From Pseudomonadota bacterium (GTDB lineage Bacteria; Pseudomonadota; Gammaproteobacteria; Burkholderiales; REEB80), in the NCBI GenBank assembly GCA_028873515.1, contig JAGWIG010000011.1, forward strand, positions 2,991 through 66,990: a stretch of 64,000 bases of DNA. Reading direction: 5' to 3'. Under the pieces are notes generated by a model. The model saw only the letters and a list, made by a program, of their open reading frames with translations. It did no database searches and was not told the DNA's origin. Made by a program: the position numbers and the translations under genes. Each line of letters starts with the position of its first letter. The stretch's first letter is position 1. Positions 50,731 to 63,467 of the stretch are shown here, in pieces.

Positions 50731-51635
50731 CACCAGCCATTGAGATTACCGGCCTGAAAAAACGGTTCGGTTCCCTTCAGGCCTTGTCCGGGATAGATTT
50801 GACTATCGAGCGGGGAGAATTTTTTGGTTTGCTGGGCCCAAATGGTGCAGGCAAGTCAACATTAATCAACCTGCTTGCCGGTTTGCTTCGTCCAGACCAT
50901 GGCTTTTTGCGTATTCTGGGTCATGATGTTGTAAGGCAGTACCGTTCAGCACGTTTGTCATTAGGCGTGGTTCCCCAGGAAATTGTCTATGATCCATTCT
51001 TTACAGTTCGTGAAACCTTGCTTATCCAATCCGGTTATTATGGGTTAAGACGCAATCATCACTGGATTAATACCCTGCTCGAGCGCCTAGATCTGACTGA
51101 TAAGGCTGACGTGAATATGCGCGCCTTGTCTGGTGGCATGAAGAGACGGGTCCTGGTTGCCCAGGCCCTGGTGCACCGACCCGAAGTAATCGTTCTGGAT
51201 GAACCTACTGCAGGCGTGGATGTGGAACTGCGACAAACGTTGTGGGCTTTCATTCAAAGTCTTAACAGCCAGGGCCATACCATTGTTCTGACCACACATT
51301 ATCTGGAAGAGGCGCAGGAGTTTTGCCAGAGGATTGCGATGCTCAAGCAGGGGCAGATTGTGGCCTTGGATACGACCAAGAGCCTGCTTGCAAGTTTTGA
51401 GCATCGTGAGCTCAAGGTGACCCTGAATTCGTTCGAGTTACCTGACGCGCTGCGTCCGATGCTAAGACAAAGTATTGGAGCCACCCATATCCTGGATTTA
51501 CCCTCCCTTGCTGGTCTTGAGGAAATCCTTGCCATAATCCGTCAATCTGGGGCACTGATTGAAGATTTATCCTTGAGTGAACCCGATCTTGAAGATATTT
51601 TCGTGTCGATCATGAATGAGCAGGTGCTTGAATGA
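50727..51635 (+). CDS. ABC transporter ATP-binding protein (ABC-2 type, YadG-like)
   Basis: Walker A GPNGAGKST, signature LSGGMKRR and Walker B VLDEP; 302 aa. It is translationally coupled to the downstream permease. Confidence 0.9.
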   Translation: MTPAIEITGLKKRFGSLQALSGIDLTIERGEFFGLLGPNGAGKSTLINLLAGLLRPDHGFLRILGHDVVRQYRSARLSLGVVPQEIVYDPFFTVRETLLIQSGYYGLRRNHHWINTLLERLDLTDKADVNMRALSGGMKRRVLVAQALVHRPEVIVLDEPTAGVDVELRQTLWAFIQSLNSQGHTIVLTTHYLEEAQEFCQRIAMLKQGQIVALDTTKSLLASFEHRELKVTLNSFELPDALRPMLRQSIGATHILDLPSLAGLEEILAIIRQSGALIEDLSLSEPDLEDIFVSIMNEQVLE

Positions 51636-52387
51636 CAGGGTTTTTAACGCTGCTCTACAAGGAGCTGCTGCGGTTCTGGAAAGTTAGTTTTCAGACCGTG
51701 CTTGCGCCTGTGCTGACAGCACTCCTGTACCTGCTTATTTTTTCTTACGTTCTTTCCAGACGGGTTGAAGTTTATCCAGGGGTATCCTATACAGCTTTTC
51801 TCATACCGGGCCTGGTCATGATGAGCATGCTGCAAAATGCATTTGCAAACAGCTCTTCAAGTCTTATTCAGTCAAAGGTGACAGGTAATATTGTTTTTGT
51901 TCTTCTTCCTCCCCTTTCGGCGGGGGAATTTTTCGGCGCTTATCTGGTTGCGTCAATTGTTCGTGGCTTCTCTGTGGGTCTGGGCGTACTGCTCGTGGCG
52001 CAATTCTATGCCAGCACACCTCCCATTCATATCATCTGGGCGCTGCTGTTCGGATTTTTCGGATGTGGGATACTGGGTTGCTTGGGTATCATTGCAGGGA
52101 TCTGGGCGGAAAAATTTGATCAGCTCGCTGCGTTCCAGAATTTTATCGTTGTTCCGCTTTCGTTCCTGAGTGGGGTTTTTTATTCCATCCATGCCCTGCC
52201 TCCGTTCTGGCGTGAGATGTCGCACTTTAATCCATTCTTCTATATGATCGATGGATTCCGGTATGGTTTTTTTGGATTGTCAGATGTAGCTCCACAGTTG
52301 AGCCTGATTATTGTTGCGGCGAGTTTTGCAGGTCTCTCGGCATTGACTATAGGACTGATACATCGTGGCTACAAGCTTCGTGGCTAG
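51632..52387 (+). CDS. ABC-2 type transporter permease (YadH-like)
   Basis: 251 aa with six predicted TM helices, coupled to the preceding ATPase. Confidence 0.88.
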   Translation: MTGFLTLLYKELLRFWKVSFQTVLAPVLTALLYLLIFSYVLSRRVEVYPGVSYTAFLIPGLVMMSMLQNAFANSSSSLIQSKVTGNIVFVLLPPLSAGEFFGAYLVASIVRGFSVGLGVLLVAQFYASTPPIHIIWALLFGFFGCGILGCLGIIAGIWAEKFDQLAAFQNFIVVPLSFLSGVFYSIHALPPFWREMSHFNPFFYMIDGFRYGFFGLSDVAPQLSLIIVAASFAGLSALTIGLIHRGYKLRG

Positions 52388-52396
52388 GGGAAATAG

Positions 52397-52648
52397 ATGG
52401 TAACTGCACAGGATATACATCGTTATATTGAAGAACAGCTTCCTTGTACTTTTATTGAGGTTCGAGGTGAGGATGGACAGCATTTTGAAGCGGTTATTGT
52501 CAGCGAACGCTTCAGGGGTTTATCCATGATCGCACAGCACCAGATGGTGTATAAGGCTCTGGGTGAGCGTATGAAGGCTGAAATCCATGCGCTGTCGATG
52601 CAGACTTTTACACCTGAGGTCTGGGCTTTGCGGCAATCGCATAATTGA
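52397..52648 (+). CDS. ibaG: BolA family protein (IbaG/YrbA-like)
   Basis: 83 aa BolA fold (…FEAVIVSERFRGLSMIAQHQMVY…IHALSMQTFTP), upstream of murA as in many proteobacteria. Confidence 0.88.
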   Translation: MVTAQDIHRYIEEQLPCTFIEVRGEDGQHFEAVIVSERFRGLSMIAQHQMVYKALGERMKAEIHALSMQTFTPEVWALRQSHN

Positions 52649-52714
52649 GGCAGGTTCTGTAAAATCGTCCGTCGTTATGATTCGGCTGCGTCCGGAGTCA
52701 AGAGTGGGGTTTGA

Positions 52715-53968
<1,254 letters not shown>

Positions 53969-53980
53969 GGTGGAATAAAC

Positions 53981-54652
53981 TTGTCCGAATCATTGACCAT
54001 TGCCTTATCCAAGGGGCGAATCTTTGAAGAAACCATGCCACTACTGGCGGTAGCCGGTATTACTCCGCTAGAAAACCCAGAGCATTCTCGAAAACTGGTG
54101 ATCAAGACAAACCGGCCGGAAATCCGGTTCATTATTGTGCGGGCATCTGATGTGCCAACCTACGTACAGCATGGTGCGGCTGATTTTGGCATTGCAGGCC
54201 TTGATGTATTGATTGAACACGGTGGTGAGGGCCTTTATCAGCCGCTCGATCTGAATATTGCACGTTGTCGCATGATGGTGGCTGCCTTGGAAAGCTTTGA
54301 TTATGCTTTTGCCGTACGGGTTGGTGCACGGCTAAGGGTGGCAACCAAATATGTACAGATCGCACGGGAGCATTTCGCTGCCAAGCGGATGCATGTTGAC
54401 CTTATTAAACTATATGGTTCCATGGAGCTTGCACCGATTGTTGGTCTGGCCGATGTTATTGTTGATCTGGTTTCTACCGGCAATACCTTAAAGGCGAATC
54501 ATTTGGTTCCTGTTGAGCAGATTATGGATGTGAGCTCAAGGCTGGTTGTTAATCAGGCTGCTTTTAAATTAAAGCGGTCCGAAATGATGCCAGTCATGGA
54601 TATTTTCCGTTCAGCCTGCAGAATGACAGATCGTCAGGAAGGGAAGATTTAA
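53981..54652 (+). CDS. hisG: ATP phosphoribosyltransferase, short (HisZ-dependent) form
   Basis: 223 aa, lacking the C-terminal regulatory domain of long-form HisG. TTG start; it is the first gene of the his cluster. No hisZ is present in this window. Confidence 0.93.
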   Translation: MSESLTIALSKGRIFEETMPLLAVAGITPLENPEHSRKLVIKTNRPEIRFIIVRASDVPTYVQHGAADFGIAGLDVLIEHGGEGLYQPLDLNIARCRMMVAALESFDYAFAVRVGARLRVATKYVQIAREHFAAKRMHVDLIKLYGSMELAPIVGLADVIVDLVSTGNTLKANHLVPVEQIMDVSSRLVVNQAAFKLKRSEMMPVMDIFRSACRMTDRQEGKI

Positions 54653-54657
54653 AAAGC

Positions 54658-55977
54658 ATGAAGGAAATTATTTCAAGACTGGATAGCAAAGCGGCAGATT
54701 TTGATACCCGCCTACAGGAATTGCTGGCTTTTGATCGGGGCCAGGATGCACAGATTACAAGGACTGTAAGTGGCATTCTGGATAATGTCCGTGAACGGGG
54801 GGATGAAGCGGTACTGGAGTATACCCGAAATTTTGATCATCTTGATGCTGCAAGTGCTGCAAGTCTTGAACTGCCAAAATCGCGTCTTGACGAAGCCCTT
54901 TCCGGGTTGCCTGCTGATCAGCGTAAGGCACTGCTTGATGCTGAAGCACGGATACGGCGTTACCATGAACGTCAGGTTTCATCTTCCTGGAGTTATGAGG
55001 AAGCTGATGGAACGGTGTTGGGTCAACAGGTTACCGCTTTGGATCGGGTTGGCCTTTATGTTCCTGGTGGCAAGGCGGCTTACCCTTCTTCAGTGCTCAT
55101 GAATGCAGTGCCTGCGAAAGTGGCTGGAGTGCGGGAATTGGTCATGACCGTGCCGACTCCTGGAGGAATGCAGAATGAACTGGTTCTTGCAGCTGCGGCA
55201 GCAGCTGGCATCAGTCGGGTATTCACTATTGGTGGTGCCCAGGCAATTGGAGCCCTGGCATACGGGACTCAAACCATTCCCAGGGTCGACAAGATAGTAG
55301 GTCCAGGGAATGCTTATGTGGCTGCCGCCAAGCGGCAGGTTTTTGGCGTCGTGGGTATTGACATGATTGCCGGACCTTCAGAGATCCTGATCATTTGTGA
55401 TGGCAGAACCCCGGCAGAGTGGATTGCCATGGATCTGTTTTCTCAGGCTGAACATGATGAAATGGCCCAGGCAATCCTGCTTTGCCCTGATGCCATATTT
55501 CTGGATAAAGTCGCTTCGGAAATTGAAAGACTCTTGCCCCAGATGCCAAGACGAGCAGTGATAGAAGCTTCGCTTTCTGGTCGAGGGGCACTGATTGAAG
55601 TCCGTAGCCTTGAAGAGGCCTGTATTCTGGCAAACAGGATTGCTCCAGAACATCTGGAGCTTTCCGTTTCGGATCCGGCGGTTTATGCCGGTCAGGTACG
55701 GCATGCGGGTGCAATTTTCCTGGGTCGGTATACTCCTGAGGCATTGGGCGATTACTGTGCCGGTCCTAATCATGTATTGCCGACTTCGGGTACTGCCCGG
55801 TTTTCTTCGCCTCTGGGAGTGTATGATTTTCAGAAACGTACAAGCCTGATTCATGTTTCTGCCAAAGCGGTAGGGGGTCTGGCTGAAATCGCCGCAGTAC
55901 TGGCTGATGGTGAGGGGCTTTATGCTCATGCCGCTTCTGCCAGGCTACGCATGCAGCGAGTACCTGATGAGACCTGA
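54658..55977 (+). CDS. hisD: histidinol dehydrogenase
   Basis: 439 aa with full-length HisD similarity (…[12 protein letters not shown]…, [20 protein letters not shown]). Confidence 0.97.
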   Translation: MKEIISRLDSKAADFDTRLQELLAFDRGQDAQITRTVSGILDNVRERGDEAVLEYTRNFDHLDAASAASLELPKSRLDEALSGLPADQRKALLDAEARIRRYHERQVSSSWSYEEADGTVLGQQVTALDRVGLYVPGGKAAYPSSVLMNAVPAKVAGVRELVMTVPTPGGMQNELVLAAAAAAGISRVFTIGGAQAIGALAYGTQTIPRVDKIVGPGNAYVAAAKRQVFGVVGIDMIAGPSEILIICDGRTPAEWIAMDLFSQAEHDEMAQAILLCPDAIFLDKVASEIERLLPQMPRRAVIEASLSGRGALIEVRSLEEACILANRIAPEHLELSVSDPAVYAGQVRHAGAIFLGRYTPEALGDYCAGPNHVLPTSGTARFSSPLGVYDFQKRTSLIHVSAKAVGGLAEIAAVLADGEGLYAHAASARLRMQRVPDET

Positions 55978-57034
55978 GTCGGTCATCCGGCCTGAAATCC
56001 GCGCCCTTTCGGCCTATCATGTAGCTGACGCGAAGGGGTTTATCAAACTGGATGCAATGGAAAATCCATGGCCGCTTCCTGATGCTGTAGCCATGGAAAT
56101 AGCTGAGGCGTGTGCGCATGTCCAGGTAAACCGGTACCCTGATTCCGAGGCGAGTGAACTAGCTGCCCGGATACGCCAGGTTATGTCAATACCTCAACAT
56201 GCCGGACTGCTTCTAGGCAATGGCTCGGATGAGTTGATCCAGATGCTGGCAATGGCTTGTGCCAAGCCTGGCGCGGCTATTCTTGGTGTTGAGCCTTCTT
56301 TTGTCATGTACCGGATGATTTCGGTTTTTTGCAATATGCGCTATGTCGGTGTTCCCCTGGAAGAGGATTTCTCTTTAAATGAGGTTTCCATGCTTGAAAC
56401 GATGGAAAAGGAACAGCCTTCCCTTGTTTTCATTGCTTTTCCTAACAACCCAACCGGAAACCTGTTTGAGCCTGGATTGTTGAAGCGCATTATTGCAGCC
56501 GCACCAGGCCTGGTGGTGATTGATGAAGCTTATTATCCTTTTGCGGGTACGACGGCGATGGACTGGTTGGACGAGTTTGATAATCTTCTCGTCATGCGTA
56601 CCGTATCAAAACTTGGACTTGCAGGACTTCGCCTGGGCTATCTCACAGGCCCGGTTGCGGTTATTTCCGAGATAAACAAGGTACGGCTGCCATATAATAT
56701 CAATGCGCTAACCCAGGTTGCTGGCCAGATAGCCCTTGCGCATCACGCAGTTTTTGATGCCCAGGCCAGAGAAATCTGCTCCATGCGTGAATCGATGTTT
56801 TCAGATTTGGCTTCCATGGAAGAACTGGAAGCATATCCTAGCCAGGCAAATTTTATCCTCATACGTCATGAGCATGCTTCGGATATTTTTGATGGATTAA
56901 AAAAAAGAGGGGTGCTGGTAAAAAATCTTGATGGCGCCCATCCAATGCTTACTGGATGTTTACGTATCACGGTTGGGCAACAGAATGAAAATTTGATATT
57001 GATTAGACACTTGAAAGAACTGATACATTTGTGA
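55967..57034 (+). CDS. hisC: histidinol-phosphate aminotransferase
   Basis: Class II aminotransferase with the PLP-Lys region [15 protein letters not shown]. Aligns from [11 protein letters not shown] (ATG at 55967, an 11-nt overlap with hisD). Confidence 0.94.
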   Translation: MRPESVIRPEIRALSAYHVADAKGFIKLDAMENPWPLPDAVAMEIAEACAHVQVNRYPDSEASELAARIRQVMSIPQHAGLLLGNGSDELIQMLAMACAKPGAAILGVEPSFVMYRMISVFCNMRYVGVPLEEDFSLNEVSMLETMEKEQPSLVFIAFPNNPTGNLFEPGLLKRIIAAAPGLVVIDEAYYPFAGTTAMDWLDEFDNLLVMRTVSKLGLAGLRLGYLTGPVAVISEINKVRLPYNINALTQVAGQIALAHHAVFDAQAREICSMRESMFSDLASMEELEAYPSQANFILIRHEHASDIFDGLKKRGVLVKNLDGAHPMLTGCLRITVGQQNENLILIRHLKELIHL

Positions 57035-57072
57035 CAGCATGGGTGGGTATGGCATCAATAAAGGTGGAAGAA

Positions 57073-57660
57073 ATGCGAGAAGCGAAAGTAGAACGAAAAA
57101 CATTGGAAACTACCATTTCAGCAGCAATTGTGCTGGATGGGACCGGGACATCAACACTGGATACCGGTGTTCCTTTTCTTGATCACATGATTGATCAGGT
57201 AGCACGCCATGGGCTCATGGATCTTGCTGTCATGGCAAAAGGGGATCTGCATATTGATGCCCATCATACTGTCGAGGACATTGGGATCACGTTTGGGCAG
57301 GCCTTTTTCAAGGCTATCGGGGATAAGGCAGGTATTAATCGTTACGGATATGCCTATGTTCCCCTGGATGAAGCTTTGTCCCGTGCCGTGGTGGACTTGT
57401 CTGGTCGTCCCGGACTTGTTTTCAATGTTGAATTTACCCGCGCCCGCATTGGCGTTTTTGATGTGGATCTGGTTCATGAATTTTTTCAGGGGTTTGTTAA
57501 TCATGCCATGCTGACATTGCATCTAGATAATTTGCGAGGCCAGAATGCTCACCATCAGTGTGAAACCTTGTTTAAGGCTTTTGGCCGAGCCATGAGAATG
57601 GCAATTTCCCTGGATTCGCGCCTCAGTGGCAGTTTACCTTCAACCAAGGGAGTGCTCTGA
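57073..57660 (+). CDS. hisB: imidazoleglycerol-phosphate dehydratase
   Basis: Starts [15 protein letters not shown]..., and carries HH motifs ([27 protein letters not shown]). SD AAGGTGGAAG precedes the ATG at 57073. Confidence 0.96.
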   Translation: MREAKVERKTLETTISAAIVLDGTGTSTLDTGVPFLDHMIDQVARHGLMDLAVMAKGDLHIDAHHTVEDIGITFGQAFFKAIGDKAGINRYGYAYVPLDEALSRAVVDLSGRPGLVFNVEFTRARIGVFDVDLVHEFFQGFVNHAMLTLHLDNLRGQNAHHQCETLFKAFGRAMRMAISLDSRLSGSLPSTKGVL

Positions 57661-57679
57661 AGGGGCGCGGATACCGAAA

Positions 57680-58324
57680 ATGATGGATATAGCGATTGTA
57701 GACTATGGCATGGGTAATCTGCGTTCGGTAGCGAAGGCTTTCGAGAAAGTGGCTCCAGACAGCAGGATTCTTGTCACAGGAAACGCTGAGGAATTGCTGG
57801 ATGCAGATCGGGTTGTCTTTCCTGGTGTTGGAGCATTGGGAGACGCAATGCGGGAATTGGAGTCACGCAATCTGATTGGAGCTTTGCGAGAGGTTGCTCA
57901 GACACGACCTTTTCTAGGTATCTGCCTAGGTCTTCAGATGCTTTTTGAATTTTCAGAGGAAGGAAAGGCCAAGGGGCTGGGCCTTTTTCCAGGCCAGGTC
58001 CGCCGGTTTGCCGATGGCATGCTGGATGCGGCAGGGTTAAGGCTTAAGGTGCCACATATGGGCTGGAATGAGGTGCATCAGTTAAAACCCCATTTCCTAT
58101 GGCAGGGTATCGCCGACGAGAGCCGTTTTTATTTTGTGCACAGTTATTATGTAGAGACTACACAAAATGATCTTGTCGCAGCTACAACCTGCTATCCTCA
58201 TCCATTTGTTAGTGCTATTGCATTCAGGAATCTTTTCGCCGTACAGTTTCATCCAGAAAAAAGCCAGGCTGCAGGTCTTAGGTTATTACGGAATTTTGTT
58301 CTCTGGAATGGCACGGCGGGCTAG
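57680..58324 (+). CDS. hisH: imidazole glycerol phosphate synthase, glutamine amidotransferase subunit
   Basis: Starts IAIVDYGMGNLRSV, with nucleophile elbow GICLGLQ and QFHPEKS. Start is the ATG at 57680. Confidence 0.96.
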   Translation: MMDIAIVDYGMGNLRSVAKAFEKVAPDSRILVTGNAEELLDADRVVFPGVGALGDAMRELESRNLIGALREVAQTRPFLGICLGLQMLFEFSEEGKAKGLGLFPGQVRRFADGMLDAAGLRLKVPHMGWNEVHQLKPHFLWQGIADESRFYFVHSYYVETTQNDLVAATTCYPHPFVSAIAFRNLFAVQFHPEKSQAAGLRLLRNFVLWNGTAG

Positions 58325-58352
58325 TTTTTTTATCGATGACATTTGACAACTT

Positions 58353-59093
58353 ATGCTAATCATACCCGCAATTGATTTGAAAGACGGGCTTTGTGTCCGA
58401 CTGAGACAGGGCCTTATGAATGAGGAAACGGTTTTTTCAGATTCGCCTGCCGAAGTCGCCAATACGTGGCTTAAAGCTGGGGCGAGAAGACTGCATCTTG
58501 TGGATCTTAATGGAGCTTTTGTGGGTAAACCCATTAATGAAAGTGTTATTCGGGCTATCCTTGATGAGGTTGCTGGAGAAATTCCCGTTCAGCTTGGAGG
58601 AGGAATACGCGACCTGGATACCATAGAACGCTATTTGGATGATGGTGTGGATCAGGTGATTCTTGGTACGGCTGCCGTGAAGAACCCCGGTTTTTTGCAT
58701 GATGCCTGCAACGCTTTCCCAGGCCATGTGATGGTTGGTCTTGATGCCAGGGATGGGCTTGTGGCGGTGGATGGCTGGTCTAAGCTCACCGGACATGATG
58801 TAGTTGATCTTGCATGTAAATTTCAGGATTATGGGGTTGAAGCAATCATCTATACTGATATAGGACGTGATGGCATGCTGGCTGGTGTCAATATTGATGC
58901 AACGATGAGGCTGGCCCAGTCCCTGACCATACCTGTCATCGCAAGTGGAGGGGTCACCAACCTTGAGGATATTAAGAAGCTGTGTGCTATTTCCAAGGAA
59001 GGGGTCATGGGAGTCATTACTGGCCGGGCCATTTACGAAGGCTCGCTTGATTTTGTCGAGGCACAGAAACTTGCGGACAGGCTGGACGATTAA
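58353..59093 (+). CDS. hisA: 1-(5-phosphoribosyl)-5-[(5-phosphoribosylamino)methylideneamino]imidazole-4-carboxamide isomerase
   Basis: Starts [16 protein letters not shown] and continues with a (beta/alpha)8 HisA sequence; 246 aa. Confidence 0.96.
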   Translation: MLIIPAIDLKDGLCVRLRQGLMNEETVFSDSPAEVANTWLKAGARRLHLVDLNGAFVGKPINESVIRAILDEVAGEIPVQLGGGIRDLDTIERYLDDGVDQVILGTAAVKNPGFLHDACNAFPGHVMVGLDARDGLVAVDGWSKLTGHDVVDLACKFQDYGVEAIIYTDIGRDGMLAGVNIDATMRLAQSLTIPVIASGGVTNLEDIKKLCAISKEGVMGVITGRAIYEGSLDFVEAQKLADRLDD

Positions 59094-59096
59094 ATT

Positions 59097-59867
59097 ATGG
59101 CTTTAGCACGTCGGATTATTCCCTGTCTTGATGTGACAGGTGGGCGGGTTGTTAAAGGGGTTAATTTTGTTGGGTTAAAGGATGCGGGAGACCCAGTCGA
59201 GATTGCCAGGCAATATGATGAACAGGGCGCAGATGAGCTTGCTTTTCTCGATATAACGGCAACTTCTGACAACAGGGGGCTCATCCTGGATATGATTGAG
59301 GCTGTAGCCTCACAGGTATTTATTCCTTTAATGGTGGGAGGAGGAGTAAGAAGCATTGAGGATATCAGACGTCTTTTGAATGCTGGGGCTGATAAGGTGG
59401 GCATCAATTCAGCAGCAGTTGCACGGCCCGAATTTGTTAATGCGGCGGCAAACCGTTTTGGTTCACAATGTATTGTTGTCGCGATTGATGCACTGGCAGT
59501 AGATTCAGGAAATACCTGCTGGGAGGTCGTAACCCATGGTGGACGTCATCGAACAGGGATTGATGCGGTTGAGTGGGCTGCAAGAATGGTTTTGCTAGGA
59601 GCTGGCGAGATTCTGCTCACAAGCATAGATCGTGATGGAACGAAACAGGGCTTTAATCTTGCCTTGACCCGTGCGGTGGCTGATAGTGTGAATGTGCCGG
59701 TAATAGCCAGTGGAGGAGTTGGAACACTTGATCATCTTCTCGCGGGGATTGTTGAGGGGCATGCTGATGCCGTGCTGGCAGCAAGTATTTTTCATTATGG
59801 AGAATATACTGTGGGTCAGGTCAAGGAATATTTGGCGAGTCACGGGGTGACCGTACGTGGAGTATGA
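59097..59867 (+). CDS. hisF: imidazole glycerol phosphate synthase, cyclase subunit
   Basis: [20 protein letters not shown] and [10 protein letters not shown]; 256 aa. Confidence 0.97.
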   Translation: MALARRIIPCLDVTGGRVVKGVNFVGLKDAGDPVEIARQYDEQGADELAFLDITATSDNRGLILDMIEAVASQVFIPLMVGGGVRSIEDIRRLLNAGADKVGINSAAVARPEFVNAAANRFGSQCIVVAIDALAVDSGNTCWEVVTHGGRHRTGIDAVEWAARMVLLGAGEILLTSIDRDGTKQGFNLALTRAVADSVNVPVIASGGVGTLDHLLAGIVEGHADAVLAASIFHYGEYTVGQVKEYLASHGVTVRGV

Positions 59868-60259
59868 TTATGGAAGCGGACAACTGGCTTAACCGGATAA
59901 ATTGGGCTCATGACGGGCTGGTACCTGCAATTGTCCAGGATGCAGGTAGTGGGCGTGTCCTTATGGTAGCCTGGATGAATCGCGAATCGTTAAAGTTAAC
60001 AGTTTCTACTGGGCAGGCTGTATATTGGTCCCGCTCACGGAAGAAACTCTGGCACAAGGGCGAAGAAAGCGGCCACGTACAGAAGGTCCATGAAATCCGC
60101 CTTGATTGTGATGAGGATGTCCTTCTCCTTACTGTTGAGCAGGTTGGAGATATTGCGTGTCATACCGGTCGGGCTTCCTGTTTTTTCAACAGGCTTGAAA
60201 ATGGGCGTTGGCAAGTTGTCGATCCGGTTCTAAAGGATCCCCGGGAGATTTATTCATGA
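59864..60259 (+). CDS. hisI: phosphoribosyl-AMP cyclohydrolase
   Basis: GLVPAIVQD...[11 protein letters not shown] and [17 protein letters not shown]; 131 aa. Confidence 0.95.
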   Translation: MIMEADNWLNRINWAHDGLVPAIVQDAGSGRVLMVAWMNRESLKLTVSTGQAVYWSRSRKKLWHKGEESGHVQKVHEIRLDCDEDVLLLTVEQVGDIACHTGRASCFFNRLENGRWQVVDPVLKDPREIYS

Positions 60260-60579
60260 AGGATATCCTGAATACGCTTGCACAGACTATTGAAGCACGT
60301 AAAGGAGCCGATCCCGAATCCTCTTATGTTGCCAGGCTCCTGGGTCAGGGTGATGAAGCAGTTCTGAAAAAAATCATGGAAGAGGCGACCGAGGTTGTCA
60401 TGGCCGTGAAAGATGGGGATAATCAGCACCTGGTATATGAATTGGCTGATCTGTGGTTTCACTGTCTAGTGCTTCTCGGTGCGCACGGTCTTCATCCCGA
60501 TGACATATTGGCTGAATTGACACGCCGGGAAGGGATCTCCGGGGTGGTCGAGAAAGCATCCCGCAATTACGTCAGCTGA
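60256..60579 (+). CDS. hisE: phosphoribosyl-ATP pyrophosphatase
   Basis: Starts at [29 protein letters not shown], then EEATEV and ELADLWFH. The ATG at 60256 overlaps the hisI stop (ATGA). Confidence 0.94.
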   Translation: MKDILNTLAQTIEARKGADPESSYVARLLGQGDEAVLKKIMEEATEVVMAVKDGDNQHLVYELADLWFHCLVLLGAHGLHPDDILAELTRREGISGVVEKASRNYVS

Positions 60580-60597
60580 CGCAATCAAGGAAAATTC

Positions 60598-60936
60598 ATG
60601 GACTGTATTTTCTGCCGTATCGTTGATGGAGATCTGCCTTCACGTAGAGTATATGAGGATGAAGATTTTCTTGCATTTCATGATATTCGCCCGATTGCCC
60701 CGGTGCATGTGCTCATTATTCCCAAGCGTCATGTCGAAAGTCTTCTGGATATCAGTGCGACAGATGAATTGATGCTGGGTAAGCTATTGGTGCTTGCCCC
60801 AAAAATTGCCGTGTCTGTCGGGCTTGACACGGGTTTTCGTAGCCTTATCAATACAGGTCATGGTGGAGGTCAGGAAGTGTTCCATCTTCATCTGCATGTT
60901 TTTGGTGGGGATGGTTCTTACCGGACGCCGATTTGA
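60598..60936 (+). CDS. HIT family (histidine triad nucleotide-binding) protein
   Basis: CIFCRIV N-terminus and histidine triad HLHLHV; 112 aa. Confidence 0.92.
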   Translation: MDCIFCRIVDGDLPSRRVYEDEDFLAFHDIRPIAPVHVLIIPKRHVESLLDISATDELMLGKLLVLAPKIAVSVGLDTGFRSLINTGHGGGQEVFHLHLHVFGGDGSYRTPI

Positions 60937-60946
60937 GGAGGTTTAG

Positions 60947-61168
60947 ATGGGATTGGACAGCATCTGGCACTGGCTGGTTGTTCTCGTAATCGTTTTGCTG
61001 GTTTTCGGGACAAAAAAATTGCGAAATGCTGGCGGGGATCTGGGGCATGCCGTCCGCAATTTCAAGGAGGCGATGCATGAGGGAAACAAGGATTCCAAGG
61101 ATGCAAAGCTTGATTTACCTTCTTCAGGCCCGGACAAGAACAAGGGTGATTCTGGAGATGAAGCCTGA
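60947..61168 (+). CDS. tatA: twin-arginine translocase subunit TatA/E
   Basis: A TM helix followed by an amphipathic helix ([24 protein letters not shown]); 73 aa. Confidence 0.95.
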   Translation: MGLDSIWHWLVVLVIVLLVFGTKKLRNAGGDLGHAVRNFKEAMHEGNKDSKDAKLDLPSSGPDKNKGDSGDEA

Positions 61169-61205
61169 TTTGTCCTGTTGTTCCAGATTGAACCGGTGAA
61201 ATGTC

Positions 61206-61583
61206 ATGTTTGATATGGGCTTTTCTGAAATCCTGCTTATTGCCTTGGTGGCGTTGGTTGTTATTGGACCGGAAAAGTTACCTAAAGTCGCACGAACCTT
61301 AGGCTATATGCTTGGGCGTGTTCAGCGGTATATGGCGGATGTCAAGGCAGATATCGGCCGGGAAATGGAACTGGACGAATTGCGCAGGATGCGGGAAGAG
61401 TTTGAGATGCGGGCTTCGGCCTTTGAAATGGAAATGAGGCAGAAACTGGCTGCTCCAGCTTTAGGTGAGCAGCAAGAACAGCAGAATGAAATCGTTCCTG
61501 GCTCCTCAGCCCAGTTGAGCTTCGACTTTACCTCATCCACCGCCAGCCAGCCGGTTAAAGAGATCCATCAGCATGAGCAGTGA
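61206..61583 (+). CDS. tatB: twin-arginine translocase subunit TatB
   Basis: [30 protein letters not shown]...; 125 aa, between tatA and tatC. Confidence 0.94.
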   Translation: MFDMGFSEILLIALVALVVIGPEKLPKVARTLGYMLGRVQRYMADVKADIGREMELDELRRMREEFEMRASAFEMEMRQKLAAPALGEQQEQQNEIVPGSSAQLSFDFTSSTASQPVKEIHQHEQ

Positions 61584-62331
61584 ATCGTTTCTGTCCCATC
61601 TGCTTGAATTGCGCAGCAGATTACTTCGCTCCTCCATCGCCTTCATTGTTGTTTTTGTCTGCCTTTTTCCTTTTGCAAGAAAACTGTACCGTTTTCTTGC
61701 TTTGCCGATGATAAGGCAGCTTCCTCATGGTTCAGAAATGATTGCCACTGAAGTAACCACGCCTTTTTTTGTACCGATCAAGGTAGCAATGCTGGCTTCA
61801 GTGGTTGTCTCCCTGCCTTACATACTCTATCAGCTATGGGCGTTTGTGGCACCCGGTCTGTATACACATGAAAAACGTCTTATTGGTCCCCTGGTTATAG
61901 CCAGTACGGTCCTGTTTTACTGTGGCATGACTTTTGCCTATTTTGCAGTTTTTCCAGTGGTTTTCCATTTTCTGGCCAACGCTGCTCCTGCAGGTGTTGC
62001 TGTTATGACAGATATCAGCAAGTATTTCGATTTTGTTACGACGATGTTTCTGGCTTTCGGGGTGACTTTTGAAGTTCCGATAATTATTGTTGTGCTGGTC
62101 CGTACCGGGCTTGTCAGCGTTACAAAATTGCGCCAGTCACGCCCTTATGCCATTGTAGGCGCTTTTGTGATCGGGGCAATTTTTACCCCGCCGGATGTTC
62201 TCTCGCAAAGTATGCTCGCCATTCCCTTGTGGCTGCTGTTTGAACTGGGTATTATTGCAGCATCGATATTCTCAAGCCCGCAAGAAACAGAAGCGGTGCA
62301 AGGAGAACTTCCGCTGGATGACAATCAGTAA
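61573..62331 (+). CDS. tatC: twin-arginine translocase subunit TatC
   Basis: 252 aa with six TM helices ([10 protein letters not shown]..., FTPPDVLSQ). Confidence 0.96.
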   Translation: MSSESFLSHLLELRSRLLRSSIAFIVVFVCLFPFARKLYRFLALPMIRQLPHGSEMIATEVTTPFFVPIKVAMLASVVVSLPYILYQLWAFVAPGLYTHEKRLIGPLVIASTVLFYCGMTFAYFAVFPVVFHFLANAAPAGVAVMTDISKYFDFVTTMFLAFGVTFEVPIIIVVLVRTGLVSVTKLRQSRPYAIVGAFVIGAIFTPPDVLSQSMLAIPLWLLFELGIIAASIFSSPQETEAVQGELPLDDNQ

Positions 62332-63467
62332 TTCTGGCGATTGATTTTTGGTCTGGTGCCTACCACAACAGCGTAGCTGTGCGGCTGGCTTGCCCGGATG
62401 ATCCCGATGATGGCTGTTTTTCCGGGTTTGAGTGCCGCAATCAGGTTGAGCATGGTTGAGGAATCGGAAACGGGTTGGCCGTTGATGGTGGAAAGTATGT
62501 CTCCTGGCCGGATCCCGGCCTTTTCTGCCGGGCTTCCACGCTTGATGGCTGCAATAAGCGCTCCACTTGTTGAGTGTCGGCTGAAGGAATCTGCGAGTTC
62601 CGGTGTCATATCCTGAACCTCGACACCAATCCAGCCACGTATTACATGGCCGTGCTGGATGAGTGCGTCCATAATCCGGCGGGCTGAAGCCTCTGGAATG
62701 GCGAAACCAATCCCCATTGATCCACCATTACGTGAGTAGATGGCGGTATTGATGCCAATCAGGTTGCCGCTTGCATCGACAAGAGCGCCACCTGAATTGC
62801 CTGGATTGATGGCGGCATCGGTCTGGATAAAGTTTTCATAGGTATCAATCCCTAGCCGGCTTCGGCCAAGTGCACTGATGATGCCTGAAGTGACAGTCAG
62901 TCCAACCCCGAAAGGGTTGCCAATCGCAAGAACCTGATCTCCGATGCGCAGGTTTTTCGAGGATCCGAAGGTGATGGCAGGCAAATTGGGCAAGGAGATC
63001 TTTAGTACCGCAAGATCGGTGTCCGGATCGGAGCCTACTACCGTTGCAGATGTGGTTCTTCCGTCTGCCAGGCCAACCTCTATTTCAGTTGCTCCAGCCA
63101 CGACATGCTGATTGGTGAGGATATATCCTTGTGAACTGACAATAACTCCAGAACCGAGGCTATAGGTATTACTGTTGTCCGGATTGCCTTCCAGAGGGTC
63201 GGTGGGCATTTCCCTCTTTTTGCTGCGATGAAGGGAGTCGGTGCTCGTGTAGATGCTTACAACAGCCGGCATTGCTTGGCGAACTGCGGCATAGAAAGAA
63301 GCAGTGCTGGTTCTGGGGGGCGGAGGGACAGCTTCTCTCAGGGTAATGATGCCGGGCTTGCCCAGGAGTACTGCCCCAAAATACATGTGCAGAATCCAGG
63401 CGATGGCTAGCGTTACCGTGGCAGTCTGGCAGAATAGTATCCAATATTTTTTGATGGAAGAGATCAT
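62325..63467 (-). CDS. S1C family serine endoprotease with one PDZ domain (DegS/AlgW-like), membrane-anchored
   Basis: N-terminal TM helix, catalytic triad regions TNQHVV / DLAVLK / GNSGGAL, and a C-terminal PDZ (GIRPGDILSTINGQPV). Confidence 0.9.
   Translation of the reverse strand: MISSIKKYWILFCQTATVTLAIAWILHMYFGAVLLGKPGIITLREAVPPPPRTSTASFYAAVRQAMPAVVSIYTSTDSLHRSKKREMPTDPLEGNPDNSNTYSLGSGVIVSSQGYILTNQHVVAGATEIEVGLADGRTTSATVVGSDPDTDLAVLKISLPNLPAITFGSSKNLRIGDQVLAIGNPFGVGLTVTSGIISALGRSRLGIDTYENFIQTDAAINPGNSGGALVDASGNLIGINTAIYSRNGGSMGIGFAIPEASARRIMDALIQHGHVIRGWIGVEVQDMTPELADSFSRHSTSGALIAAIKRGSPAEKAGIRPGDILSTINGQPVSDSSTMLNLIAALKPGKTAIIGIIRASQPHSYAVVVGTRPKINRQNY

Noticed and set aside
55378-55929. 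183-aa minus-strand ORF inside hisD
   Set aside because: It is antisense to a strongly conserved hisD frame and has no motif support.
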